From: the human T2T-CHM13v2.0 reference genome, Homo sapiens | DNA length: 64,000 nt | Assembly: GCF_009914755.1 (NCBI RefSeq) | Contig: NC_060941.1 | Direction: 5' to 3' (one strand) | In this document: piece after piece, positions 52,431 to 64,000 of the stretch | Numbering within the stretch: position 1 is the stretch's first letter | How the letters are laid out: every line of letters begins with the position of its first letter | Made by a program: the position numbers and the translations under genes | Notes under the pieces: model-generated | The model's database searches: none | What the model was told of the DNA's origin: nothing | The model's input: only the letters and a program-made list of their open reading frames with translations

Positions 52431-55400
52431 CGGAAGCATTCTCACAAAATTCTTTGTGATGTTTGCATTCAAATCCCAGAGTTGAACCTTCCTTTGATAG
52501 TTCAGCTTTGAAACACTCTTTTTGTAGGTTCTGCAGGTGGATATTTGGACCACTCTTTGGCCTTCGTTCGAAACGGGTACATCTTCAAATAAAATCTAGA
52601 CAGAAGCCTTCTCAGAAACTTCTCTGTGACGATTGCATTCAACTCAGAGAGTTGAACCCTCCTATGGATAGAGCAGTTTTGAATCTCTCTTTTTGTGGAA
52701 TCTGCAAGTGGATATGTGGTCCTCTTTGAAGATGTCTTTGGAAACGGGAATATCTTCACATAAAAACTAAACAGAAGCATTCTCAGAAACTTCTCTGTGA
52801 TGTTTGTGTTCAACTCACAGAGTTTCACGTTGCTTTTCATAGAGCAGATGAGAAACATGCTTTTCGTAGGGTCTGCAAGTGGACATTTGGAGAGCTTTCA
52901 GGCCTGTGGTGGAAAACGAATTATCGTCACGTAAAAACTAGAGAGAAGCATTGTCAGAAACTTGTTTGTGATGACTGCATTCAACTCACAGAGTTGAAGG
53001 TTCCTTTTCAAACAGCAGTTTCCAAACACTCTTTCTGTGGCATCTGCAAGTGGATGTTTGGGCCTCTTTGAAGATTTCGTTGGAAACGGGATAATCTTCA
53101 CAGAAAAGCTAAACAGAAGCATGCTCAGAAACTTCTTTGTGATGTTTGCTTTCAACTCACAGAGTTGAACTTTCCTTTTGAGAGAGAAGCTTTGAAACAC
53201 TCTTTTTCTAGAATCTGCAAGTGGATATTTGGAGGGCTTTGAGGCCTGAGGTGGAACAGGAATTATCTTCCCGTAAGAACTAGATAGATGCGTTCTCAGA
53301 AACTATTTTGTGACGATTGCATTCAAGTCACAGAGGTGAACATTCCCTTTCAGAGAACACTTTGGAAACTCTCGTTGTGTAGAATCTACAAGTGGAGATA
53401 TGGACCGCTTTGAGGCCTATGGTAGTAAAGGAAACAGCTTCATATAAAAACTAGACAGCAGCATTCTCAGAAAACTCTTTGTGACGACTGAGTTTAACTC
53501 ACAGGGCTGAACATTCCTTTGGATGGAGCAGTTTGGAAACACACTATCTGTAGGATCTGCAAGCGGATACTTGGGCCTCCCTGAGGATTTCGTTGGAAAT
53601 GGGATAAACCGCACAGAACTAAACAGAAGCATTCTCAGAGCCTTATTCGTGATGTTTGCATTCAACCCACAGTGTTGAACCTTTCTTTGATAGTTCAGGT
53701 TTGAAACACTCTTTTTGTAGAAACTGCAAGTGGATAACTGCACTTCTTTGAGGCCTATCGTAGTAAAGGAAATAACTTCCTATAAAAACAAGACAGAGGC
53801 TTTCTCAGAAAATTCTCTGGAATGATTGAGTTGAACTCACAGAGCAGTACTTTCCTTGGGATGGAGTAGTTTCGAAACACACTTTCTGTAGAATCTGCAA
53901 GTGGATATTTGGACCTGTCTGAGGAATTCGTTGCAAACGGGATAATTTCACCTAAGTAAACAGAAGCAGTCTCAGAATCTTCTTGTGATGTTTGCATTCA
54001 AATCCCAGAATTGAACCTTCCTTTGAAAGTTCAGGTTGGAAACACTCTTTTTGCAGGATCTACAAGTGGATATTCGGACCACTCTGTGGACTTCGTTCGA
54101 AACGGGTATATCTTCACATAACATCTAGACAGAAGCATTCTCAGAAACTTTTCTGTGATGACTGCATTCAACTCACAGAGTTGAACACTCCTTTTGAGAG
54201 CGCAGTTTTGACACTCTCTTTCTCTGGAATCTGCAAGGGGACATGCAGACCTCTTTGAAGGTTTCGTTGGAAACGGAATCATCTTCACATAAAAATTACA
54301 CGGAAGCATCCTCAGGAACTCCTTGGTGATGTTTGTATTCAACTTCCAGAGTTGAACTTTCCTTCGGAAAGAGCAGCTATGAAACACTCTTTTTCTAGAA
54401 TCTGCAAGTGGACATTGGGAGGGCTGTGAGGTTTGTGGTGGAAAAGGAAATATCTCCACATAAATACTAGATAGAAGCCTTCTCAGAAACTACTTTGTGA
54501 TGACTGCATTCACCTCACGGAGTGGAGCATTCCTATTGACAGAGCAGTTTGGAAACACTCTTCTTGTAGAATCGGCTAGTGGAGAGTTGGAGCGCTTTGA
54601 GGCCTATGGTAGTAAAGGGAAGAGCTTCACATAAAATCTAGACAGAAGCATTCTCAGAAAATACTTTGTGATGATTGAGTTTAACACACAGAGCTGAACA
54701 TTCCTTTGGATGGAGAAGGTTTGAAACACACTTTCTGTAGAATCTGCGAGTGGATATTTGGACCTCTCTGAGGATTTCGTTGGAAACGGGATAACTGCAG
54801 CTAACTAAACGGAAGCATTCTCACAAAATTCTTTGTGATGTTTGCATTCAAATCCCAGAGTTGAACCTTCCTTTGATAGTTCAGCTTTGAAACACTCTTT
54901 TTGTAGGTTCTGCAGGTGGATATTTGGACCACTCTTTGGCCTTCGATCGAAACGGGTACATCTTCAAATAAAATCTAGACAGAAGCCTTCTCAGAAACTT
55001 CTCTGTGACGATTGCATTCAACTCAGAGAGTTGAACCCTCCTATGGATAGAGCAGTTTTGAATCTCTCTTTTTGTGGAATCTGCAAGTGGATATGTGGTC
55101 CTCTTTGAAGATGTCTTTGGAAACGGGAATATCTTCACATAAAAACTAAACAGAAGCATTCTCAGAAACTTCTCTGTGATGTTTGTGTTCAACTCACAGA
55201 GTTTCACGTTGCTTTTCATAGAGCAGATGAGAAACATGCTTTTCGTAGGGTCTGCAAGTGGACATTTGGAGAGCTTTCAGGCCTGTGGTGGAAAACGAAT
55301 TATCGTCACGTAAAAACTAGAGAGAAGCATTGTCAGAAACTTGTTTGTGATGACTGCATTCAACTCACAGAGTTGAAGGTTCCTTTTCAAACAGCAGTTT

Positions 55401-58400
55401 CCAAACACTCTTTCTGTGGCATCTGCAAGTGGATGTTTGGGCCTCTTTGAAGATTTCGTTGGAAACGGGATAATCTTCACAGAAAAGCTAAACAGAAGCG
55501 TGCTCAGAAACTTCTTTGTGATGTTTGCTTTCAACTCACAGAGTTGAACTTTCCTTTTGAGAGAGAAGCTTTGAAACACTCTTTTTCTAGAATCTGCAAG
55601 TGGATATTTGGAGGGCTTTGAGGCCTGAGGTGGAACAGGAATTATCTTCCCGTAAGAACTAGATAGATGCATTCTCAGAAACTATTTTGTGACGATTGCA
55701 TTCAAGTCACAGAGGTGAACATTCCCTTTCAGAGAACACTTTGGAAACTCTCGTTGTGTAGAATCTACAAGTGGAGATATGGACCGCTTTGAGGCCTATG
55801 GTAGTAAAGGAAACAGCTTCATATAAAAACTAGACAGCAGCATTCTCAGAAAACTCTTTGTGACGACTGAGTTTAACTCACAGGGCTGAACATTCCTTTG
55901 GATGGAGCAGTTTGGAAACACACTATCTGTAGGATCTGCAAGCGGATACTTGGGCCTCCCTGAGGATTTCGTTGGAAACGGGATAAACCGCACAGAACTA
56001 AACAGAAGCATTCTCAGAGCCTTCTTCGTGATGTTTGCATTCAACCCACAGTGTTGAACCTTTCTTTGATAGTTCAGGTTTGAAACACTCTTTTTGTAGA
56101 AACTGCAAGTGGATAACTGCACTTCTTTGAGGCCTATCGTAGTAAAGGAAATAACTTCCTATAAAAACAAGACAGAGGCTTTCTCAGAAAATTCTCTGGA
56201 ATGATTGAGTTGAACTCACAGAGCAGTACTTTCCTTGGGATGGAGTAGTTTCGAAACACACTTTCTGTAGAATCTGCAAGTGGATATTTGGACCTGTCTG
56301 AGGAATTCGTTGCAAACGGGATAATTTCAGCTAAGTAAACAGAAGCAGTCTCAGAATCTTCTTGTGATGTTTGCATTCAAATCCCAGAATTGAACCTTCC
56401 TTTGAAAGTTCAGGTTGGAAACACTCTTTTTGCAGGATCTACAAGTGGATATTCGGACCACTCTGTGGACTTCGTTCGAAACGGGTATATCTTCACATAA
56501 CATCTAGACAGAAGCATTCTCAGAAACTTTTCTGTGATGACTGCATTCAACTCACAGAGTTGAACACTCCTTTTGAGAGCGCAGTTTTGACACTCTCTTT
56601 CTCTGGAATCTGCAAGGGGACATGCAGACCTCTTTGAAGGTTTCGTTGGAAACGGAATCATCTTCACATAAAAATTACACGGAAGCATCCTCAGGAACTC
56701 CTTGGTGATGTTTGTATTCAACTTCCAGAGTTGAACTTTCCTTCGGAAAGAGCAGCTATGAAACACTCTTTTTCTAGAATCTGCAAGTGGACATTGGGAG
56801 GGCTGTGAGGTTTGTGGTGGAAAAGGAAATATCTCCACATAAATACTAGATAGAAGCCTTCTCAGAAACTACTTTGTGATGACTGCATTCACCTCACGGA
56901 GTGGAGCATTCCTATTGACAGAGCAGTTTGGAAACACTCTTCTTGTAGAATCGGCTAGTGGAGAGTTGGAGCGCTTTGAGGCCTATGGTAGTAAAGGGAA
57001 GAGCTTCACATAAAATCTAGACAGAAGCATTCTCAGAAAATACTTTGTGATGATTGAGTTTAACACACAGAGCTGAACATTCCTTTGGATGGAGAAGGTT
57101 TGAAACACACTTTCTGTAGAATCTGCGAGTGGATATTTGGACCTCTCTGAGGATTTCGTTGGAAACGGGATAACTGCACCTAACTAAACGGAAGCATTCT
57201 CACAAAATTCTTTGTGATGTTTGCATTCAAATCCCAGAGTTGAACCTTCCTTTGATAGTTCAGCTTTGAAACACTCTTTTTGTAGGTTCTGCAGGTGGAT
57301 ATTTGGACCACTCTTTGGCCTTCGATCGAAACGGGTACATCTTCAAATAAAATCTAGACAGAAGCCTTCTCAGAAACTTCTCTGTGACGATTGCATTCAA
57401 CTCAGAGAGTTGAACCCTCCTATGGATAGAGCAGTTTTGAATCTCTCTTTTTGTGGAATCTGCAAGTGGATATGTGGTCCTCTTTGAAGATGTCTTTGGA
57501 AACGGGAATATCTTCACATAAAAACTAAACAGAAGCATTCTCAGAAACTTCTCTGTGATGTTTGTGTTCAACTCACAGAGTTTCACGTTGCTTTTCATAG
57601 AGCAGATGAGAAACATGCTTTTCGTAGGGTCTGCAAGTGGACATTTGGAGAGCTTTCAGGCCTGTGGTGGAAAACGAATTATCGTCACGTAAAAACTAGA
57701 GAGAAGCATTGTCAGAAACTTGTTTGTGATGACTGCATTCAACTCACAGAGTTGAAGGTTCCTTTTCAAACAGCAGTTTCCAAACACTCTTTCTGTGGCA
57801 TCTGCAAGTGGATGTTTGGGCCTCTTTGAAGATTTCGTTGGAAACGGGATAATCTTCACAGAAAAGCTAAACAGAAGCGTGCTCAGAAACTTCTTTGTGA
57901 TGTTTGCTTTCAACTCACAGAGTTGAACTTTCCTTTTGAGAGAGAAGCTTTGAAACACTCTTTTTCTAGAATCTGCAAGTGGATATTTGGAGGGCTTTGA
58001 GGCCTGAGGTGGAACAGGAATTATCTTCCCGTAAGAACTAGATAGATGCATTCTCAGAAACTATTTTGTGACGATTGCATTCAAGTCACAGAGGTGAACA
58101 TTCCCTTTCAGAGAACACTTTGGAAACTCTCGTTGTGTAGAATCTACAAGTGGAGATATGGACCGCTTTGAGGCCTATGGTAGTAAAGGAAACAGCTTCA
58201 TATAAAAACTAGACAGCAGCATTCTCAGAAAACTCTTTGTGACGACTGAGTTTAACTCACAGGGCTGAACATTCCTTTGGATGGAGCAGTTTGGAAACAC
58301 ACTATCTGTAGGATCTGCAAGCGGATACTTGGGCCTCCCTGAGGATTTCGTTGGAAACGGGATAAACCGCACAGAACTAAACAGAAGCATTCTCAGAGCC

Positions 58401-61400
58401 TTCTTCGTGATGTTTGCATTCAACCCACAGTGTTGAACCTTTCTTTGATAGTTCAGGTTTGAAACACTCTTTTTGTAGAAACTGCAAGTGGATAACTGCA
58501 CTTCTTTGAGGCCTATCGTAGTAAAGGAAATAACTTCCTATAAAAACAAGACAGAGGCTTTCTCAGAAAATTCTCTGGAATGATTGAGTTGAACTCACAG
58601 AGCAGTACTTTCCTTGGGATGGAGTAGTTTCGAAACACACTTTCTGTAGAATCTGCAAGTGGATATTTGGACCTGTCTGAGGAATTCGTTGCAAACGGGA
58701 TAATTTCAGCTAAGTAAACAGAAGCAGTCTCAGAATCTTCTTGTGATGTTTGCATTCAAATCCCAGAATTGAACCTTCCTTTGAAAGTTCAGGTTGGAAA
58801 CACTCTTTTTGCAGGATCTACAAGTGGATATTCGGACCACTCTGTGGACTTCGTTCGAAACGGGTATATCTTCACATAACATCTAGACAGAAGCATTCTC
58901 AGAAACTTTTCTGTGATGACTGCATTCAACTCACAGAGTTGAACACTCCTTTTGAGAGCGCAGTTTTGACACTCTCTTTCTCTGGAATCTGCAAGGGGAC
59001 ATGCAGACCTCTTTGAAGGTTTCGTTGGAAACGGAATCATCTTCACATAAAAATTACACGGAAGCATCCTCAGGAACTCCTTGGTGATGTTTGTATTCAA
59101 CTTCCAGAGTTGAACTTTCCTTCGGAAAGAGCAGCTATGAAACACTCTTTTTCTAGAATCTGCAAGTGGACATTGGGAGGGCTGTGAGGTTTGTGGTGGA
59201 AAAGGAAATATCTCCACATAAATACTAGATAGAAGCCTTCTCAGAAACTACTTTGTGATGACTGCATTCACCTCACGGAGTGGAGCATTCCTATTGACAG
59301 AGCAGTTTGGAAACACTCTTCTTGTAGAATCGGCTAGTGGAGAGTTGGAGCGCTTTGAGGCCTATGGTAGTAAAGGGAAGAGCTTCACATAAAATCTAGA
59401 CAGAAGCATTCTCAGAAAATACTTTGTGATGATTGAGTTTAACACACAGAGCTGAACATTCCTTTGGATGGAGAAGGTTTGAAACACACTTTCTGTAGAA
59501 TCTGCGAGTGGATATTTGGACCTCTCTGAGGATTTCGTTGGAAACGGGATAACTGCAGCTAACTAAACGGAAGCATTCTCACAAAATTCTTTGTGATGTT
59601 TGCATTCAAATCCCAGAGTTGAACCTTCCTTTGATAGTTCAGCTTTGAAACACTCTTTTTGTAGGTTCTGCAGGTGGATATTTGGACCACTCTTTGGCCT
59701 TCGTTCGAAACGGGTACATCTTCAAATAAAATCTAGACAGAAGCCTTCTCAGAAACTTCTCTGTGACGATTGCATTCAACTCAGAGAGTTGAACCCTCCT
59801 ATGGATAGAGCAGTTTTGAATCTCTCTTTTTGTGGAATCTGCAAGTGGATATGTGGTCCTCTTTGAAGATGTCTTTGGAAACGGGAATATCTTCACATAA
59901 AAACTAAACAGAAGCATTCTCAGAAACTTCTCTGTGATGTTTGTGTTCAACTCACAGAGTTTCACGTTGCTTTTCATAGAGCAGATGAGAAACATGCTTT
60001 TCGTAGGGTCTGCAAGTGGACATTTGGAGAGCTTTCAGGCCTGTGGTGGAAAACGAATTATCGTCACGTAAAAACTAGAGAGAAGCATTGTCAGAAACTT
60101 GTTTGTGATGACTGCATTCAACTCACAGAGTTGAAGGTTCCTTTTCAAACAGCAGTTTCCAAACACTCTTTCTGTGGCATCTGCAAGTGGATGTTTGGGC
60201 CTCTTTGAAGATTTCGTTGGAAACGGGATAATCTTCAGAGAAAAGCTAAACAGAAGCGTGCTCAGAAACTTCTTTGTGATGTTTGCTTTCAACTCACAGA
60301 GTTGAACTTTCCTTTTGAGAGAGAAGCTTTGAAACACTCTTTTTCTAGAATCTGCAAGTGGATATTTGGAGGGCTTTGAGGCCTGAGGTGGAACAGGAAT
60401 TATCTTCCCGTAAGAACTAGATAGATGCATTCTCAGAAACTATTTTGTGACGATTGCATTCAAGTCACAGAGGTGAACATTCCCTTTCAGAGAACACTTT
60501 GGAAACTCTCGTTGTGTAGAATCTACAAGTGGAGATATGGACCGCTTTGAGGCCTATGGTAGTAAAGGAAACAGCTTCATATAAAAACTAGACAGCAGCA
60601 TTCTCAGAAAACTCTTTGTGACGACTGAGTTTAACTCACAGGGCTGAACATTCCTTTGGATGGAGCAGTTTGGAAACACACTATCTGTAGGATCTGCAAG
60701 CGGATACTTGGGCCTCCCTGAGGATTTCGTTGGAAACGGGATAAACCGCACAGAACTAAACAGAAGCATTCTCAGAGCCTTCTTCGTGATGTTTGCATTC
60801 AACCCACAGTGTTGAACCTTTCTTTGATAGTTCAGGTTTGAAACACTCTTTTTGTAGAAACTGCAAGTGGATAACTGCACTTCTTTGAGGCCTATCGTAG
60901 TAAAGGAAATAACTTCCTATAAAAACAAGACAGAGGCTTTCTCAGAAAATTCTCTGGAATGATTGAGTTGAACTCACAGAGCAGTACTTTCCTTGGGATG
61001 GAGTAGTTTCGAAACACACTTTCTGTAGAATCTGCAAGTGGATATTTGGACCTGTCTGAGGAATTCGTTGCAAACGGGATAATTTCAGCTAAGTAAACAG
61101 AAGCAGTCTCAGAATCTTCTTGTGATGTTTGCATTCAAATCCCAGAATTGAACCTTCCTTTGAAAGTTCAGGTTGGAAACACTCTTTTTGCAGGATCTAC
61201 AAGTGGATATTCGGACCACTCTGTGGACTTCGTTCGAAACGGGTATATCTTCACATAACATCTAGACAGAAGCATTCTCAGAAACTTTTCTGTGATGACT
61301 GCATTCAACTCACAGAGTTGAACACTCCTTTTGAGAGCGCAGTTTTGACACTCTCTTTCTCTGGAATCTGCAAGGGGACATGCAGACCTCTTTGAAGGTT

Positions 61401-64000
61401 TCGTTGGAAACGGAATCATCTTCACATAAAAATTACACGGAAGCATCCTCAGGAACTCCTTGGTGATGTTTGTATTCAACTTCCAGAGTTGAACTTTCCT
61501 TCGGAAAGAGCAGCTATGAAACACTCTTTTTCTAGAATCTGCAAGTGGACATTGGGAGGGCTGTGAGGTTTGTGGTGGAAAAGGAAATATCTCCACATAA
61601 ATACTAGATAGAAGCCTTCTCAGAAACTACTTTGTGATGACTGCATTCACCTCACGGAGTGGAGCATTCCTATTGACAGAGCAGTTTGGAAACACTCTTC
61701 TTGTAGAATCGGCTAGTGGAGAGTTGGAGCGCTTTGAGGCCTATGGTAGTAAAGGGAAGAGCTTCACATAAAATCTAGACAGAAGCATTCTCAGAAAATA
61801 CTTTGTGGTGATTGAGTTTAACACACAGAGCTGCACATTCCTTTGGATGGAGAAGGTTTGAAACACACTTTCTGTAGAATCTGCGAGTGGATATTTGGAC
61901 CTCTCTGAGGATTTCGTTGGAAACGGGATAACTGCACCTAACTAAACGGAAGCATTCTCAAAAAATTCTTTGTGATGTTTGCATTCAAATCCCAGAGTTG
62001 AACCTTCCTTTGATAGTTCAGCTTTGAAACACTCTTTTTGTAGGTTCTGCAGGTGGATATTTGGACCACTCTTTGGCCTTCGTTCGAAACGGGTACATCT
62101 TCAAATAAAATCTAGACAGAAGCCTTCTCAGAAACTTCTCTGTGACGATTGCATTCAACTCAGAGAGTTGAACCCTCCTATGGATAGAGCAGTTTTGAAT
62201 CTCTCTTTTTGTGGAATCTGCAAGTGGATATGTGGTCCTCTTTGAAGATGTCTTTGGAAACGGGAATATCTTCACATAAAAACTAAACAGAAGCATTCTC
62301 AGAAACTTCTCTGTGATGTTTGTGTTCAACTCACAGAGTTTCACGTTGCTTTTCATAGAGCAGATGAGAAACATGCTTTTCGTAGGGTCTGCAAGTGGAC
62401 ATTTGGAGAGCTTTCAGGCCTGTGGTGGAAAACGAATTATCGTCACGTAAAAACTAGAGAGAAGCATTGTCAGAAACTTGTTTGTGATGACTGCATTCAA
62501 CTCACAGAGTTGAAGGTTCCTTTTCAAACAGCAGTTTCCAAACACTCTTTCTGTGGCATCTGCAAGTGGATGTTTGGGCCTCTTTGAAGATTTCGTTGGA
62601 AACGGGATAATCTTCACAGAAAAGCTAAACAGAAGCATGCTCAGAAACTTCTTTGTGATGTTTGCTTTCAACTCACAGAGTTGAACTTTCCTTTTGAGAG
62701 AGAAGCTTTGAAACACTCTTTTTCTAGAATCTGCAAGTGGATATTTGGAGGGCTTTGAGGCCTGAGGTGGAACAGGAATTATCTTCCCGTAAGAACTAGA
62801 TAGATGCATTCTCAGAAACTATTTTGTGACGATTGCATTCAAGTCACAGAGGTGAACATTCCCTTTCAGAGAGCACTTTGGAAACTCTCGTTGTGTAGAA
62901 TCTACAAGTGGAGATATGGACCGCTTTGAGGCCTATGGTAGTAAAGGAAACAGCTTCATATAAAAACTAGACAGCAGCATTCTCAGAAAACTCTTTGTGA
63001 CGACTGAGTTTAACTCACAGGGCTGAACATTCCTTTGGATGGAGCAGTTTGGAAACACACTATCTGTAGGATCTGCAAGCGGATACTTGGGCCTCCCTGA
63101 GGATTTCGTTGGAAACGGGATAAACCGCACAGAACTAAACAGAAGCATTCTCAGAGCCTTCTTCGTGATGTTTGCATTCAACCCACAGTGTTGAACCTTT
63201 CTTTGATAGTTCAGGTTTGAAACACTCTTTTTGTAGAAACTGCAAGTGGATAACTGCACTTCTTTGAGGCCTATCGTAGTAAAGGAAATAACTTCCTATA
63301 AAAACAAGACAGAAGCTTTCTCAGAAAATTCTCTGGGATGATTGAGTTGAACTCACAGAGCAGTACTTTCCTTGGGATGGAGTAGTTTCGAAACACACTT
63401 TCTGTAGAATCTGCAAGTGGATATTTGGACCTGTCTGAGGAATTCGTTGCAAACGGGATAATTTCAGCTAAGTAAACAGAAGCAGTCTCAGAATCTTCTT
63501 GTGATGTTTGCATTCAAATCCCAGAATTGAACCTTCCTTTGAAAGTTCAGGTTGGAAACACTCTTTTTGCAGGATCTACAAGTGGATATTCGGACCACTC
63601 TGTGGACTTCGTTCAAAACGGGTATATCTTCACATAACATCTAGACAGAAGCATTCTCAGAAACTTTTCTGTGATGACTGCATTCAACTCACAGAGTTGA
63701 ACACTCCTTTTGAGAGCGCAGTTTTGACACTCTCTTTCTCTGGAATCTGCAAGGGGACATGCAGACCTCTTTGAAGGTTTCGTTGGAAACGGAATCATCT
63801 TCACATAAAAATTACACGGAAGCATCCTCAGGAACTCCTTGGTGATGTTTGTATTCAACTTCCAGAGTTGAACTTTCCTTCGGAAAGAGCAGCTATGAAA
63901 CACTCTTTTTCTAGAATCTGCAAGTGGACATTGGGAGGGCTGTGAGGTTTGTGGTGGAAAAGGAAATATCTCCACATAAATACTAGATAGAAGCCTTCTC
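52430..64000 (+). repeat. Near-identical run of 4-5 HOR units of one subtype
   Basis: All units share CTCAGAGAGTTG, ACTATTTTG, ATCTACAAGTGGAG, CAGAGCCTT, TTGACACTC and TACACGGAAG. Spacing is exactly 2,379 bp and few private SNVs are seen. Confidence 0.88.

Larger units (their letters stand above)
1..64000 (+). repeat. Alpha-satellite higher-order repeat array, 14-mer, 2,379-bp period, ~27 copies, SF3 (W1-W5 derived)
   Basis: Alphoid motifs (CATTCTCAGAAACTT, TTCAACTCACAGAGTTGAAC, TGCAAGTGGATATTTGG, TTCGTTGGAAACGGGA) recur every 165-171 bp. The same monomer recurs at 71, 2450, 4826, 7205, 9584, 11962, 14340, 16719, 19096, 21475, 23852, 26231, 28610 ... 59533, 61912 (spacing 2376-2379). The ORF track repeats with the same period. 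Confidence 0.99.
1..64000 (+). other. Probable human chromosome 17 centromeric 14-mer array (D17Z1-B favoured; D17Z1-C or a 14-mer D17Z1 variant not excluded)
   Basis: Seen: an SF3-type BBBAA pentamer, a 14-monomer ~2.4-kb HOR, and one EcoRI site per unit. Established knowledge: SF3 HORs lie on chr1 and X (11/12-mers), chr11 (5-mer) and chr17 (D17Z1 16-mer; D17Z1-B and -C 14-mers). Choosing B over C is an inference that needs alignment. Confidence 0.7.

Noticed and set aside
138-63975. About 160 ORFs of 61-263 aa on both strands, recurring every 2,379 bp
   Set aside because: They are translations of alpha satellite: internally repetitive at the ~57-codon monomer period, overlapping on both strands, often with non-ATG starts, and lengthened or broken at random by SNVs and indels. 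There is no sign of coding constraint.
1-64000. CRISPR-like or prokaryotic repeat-spacer system (conserved GTTTGAAAC/GTTGGAAAC motifs at regular spacing)
   Set aside because: The intervening sequences are homologous monomers rather than unique spacers, the period is ~171 bp, and there are no cas genes or unique DNA.
1-64000. Transposon insertion, inversion, or HOR structural variants (13/15/16-mers)
   Set aside because: Every unit-to-unit spacing is 2376-2379 bp and all boxes are on the same strand, which leaves no room for insertions or monomer gain or loss.

Overview
The whole 64-kb window is uninterrupted primate (almost certainly human) centromeric alpha-satellite DNA in one orientation. 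It consists of ~171-bp monomers organised as a 14-monomer higher-order repeat (HOR) of 2,379 bp, about 27 tandem copies. The box pattern per HOR is B-B-B*-A-B-A-A-B-A-B-B-B*-A-A (B = CENP-B box, B* = degenerate, A = pJ-alpha type). This fits suprachromosomal family 3 (W1-W5 pentamer) and a chromosome 17 14-mer array, most likely D17Z1-B, although D17Z1-C cannot be excluded by eye. I see no genes, RNA genes, transposons, inversions or monomer-number variants, and all listed ORFs are by-products of the repeat. I found no novel protein-coding system. The interesting signal is in the SNVs. (1) About 21 of 72 CENP-B boxes are broken in the left ~28 kb versus about 1 of 90 in the right ~36 kb. (2) A stepwise HOR-haplotype switch lies at ~28-32 kb. 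(3) Recent tandem duplications of 1, 2 and 3 HOR units are followed by amplification of one unit type. (4) One box carries four substitutions, all at essential positions. All counts were made by eye and need computational confirmation. Units U1-U27 are numbered from the CENP-B box at position 71.
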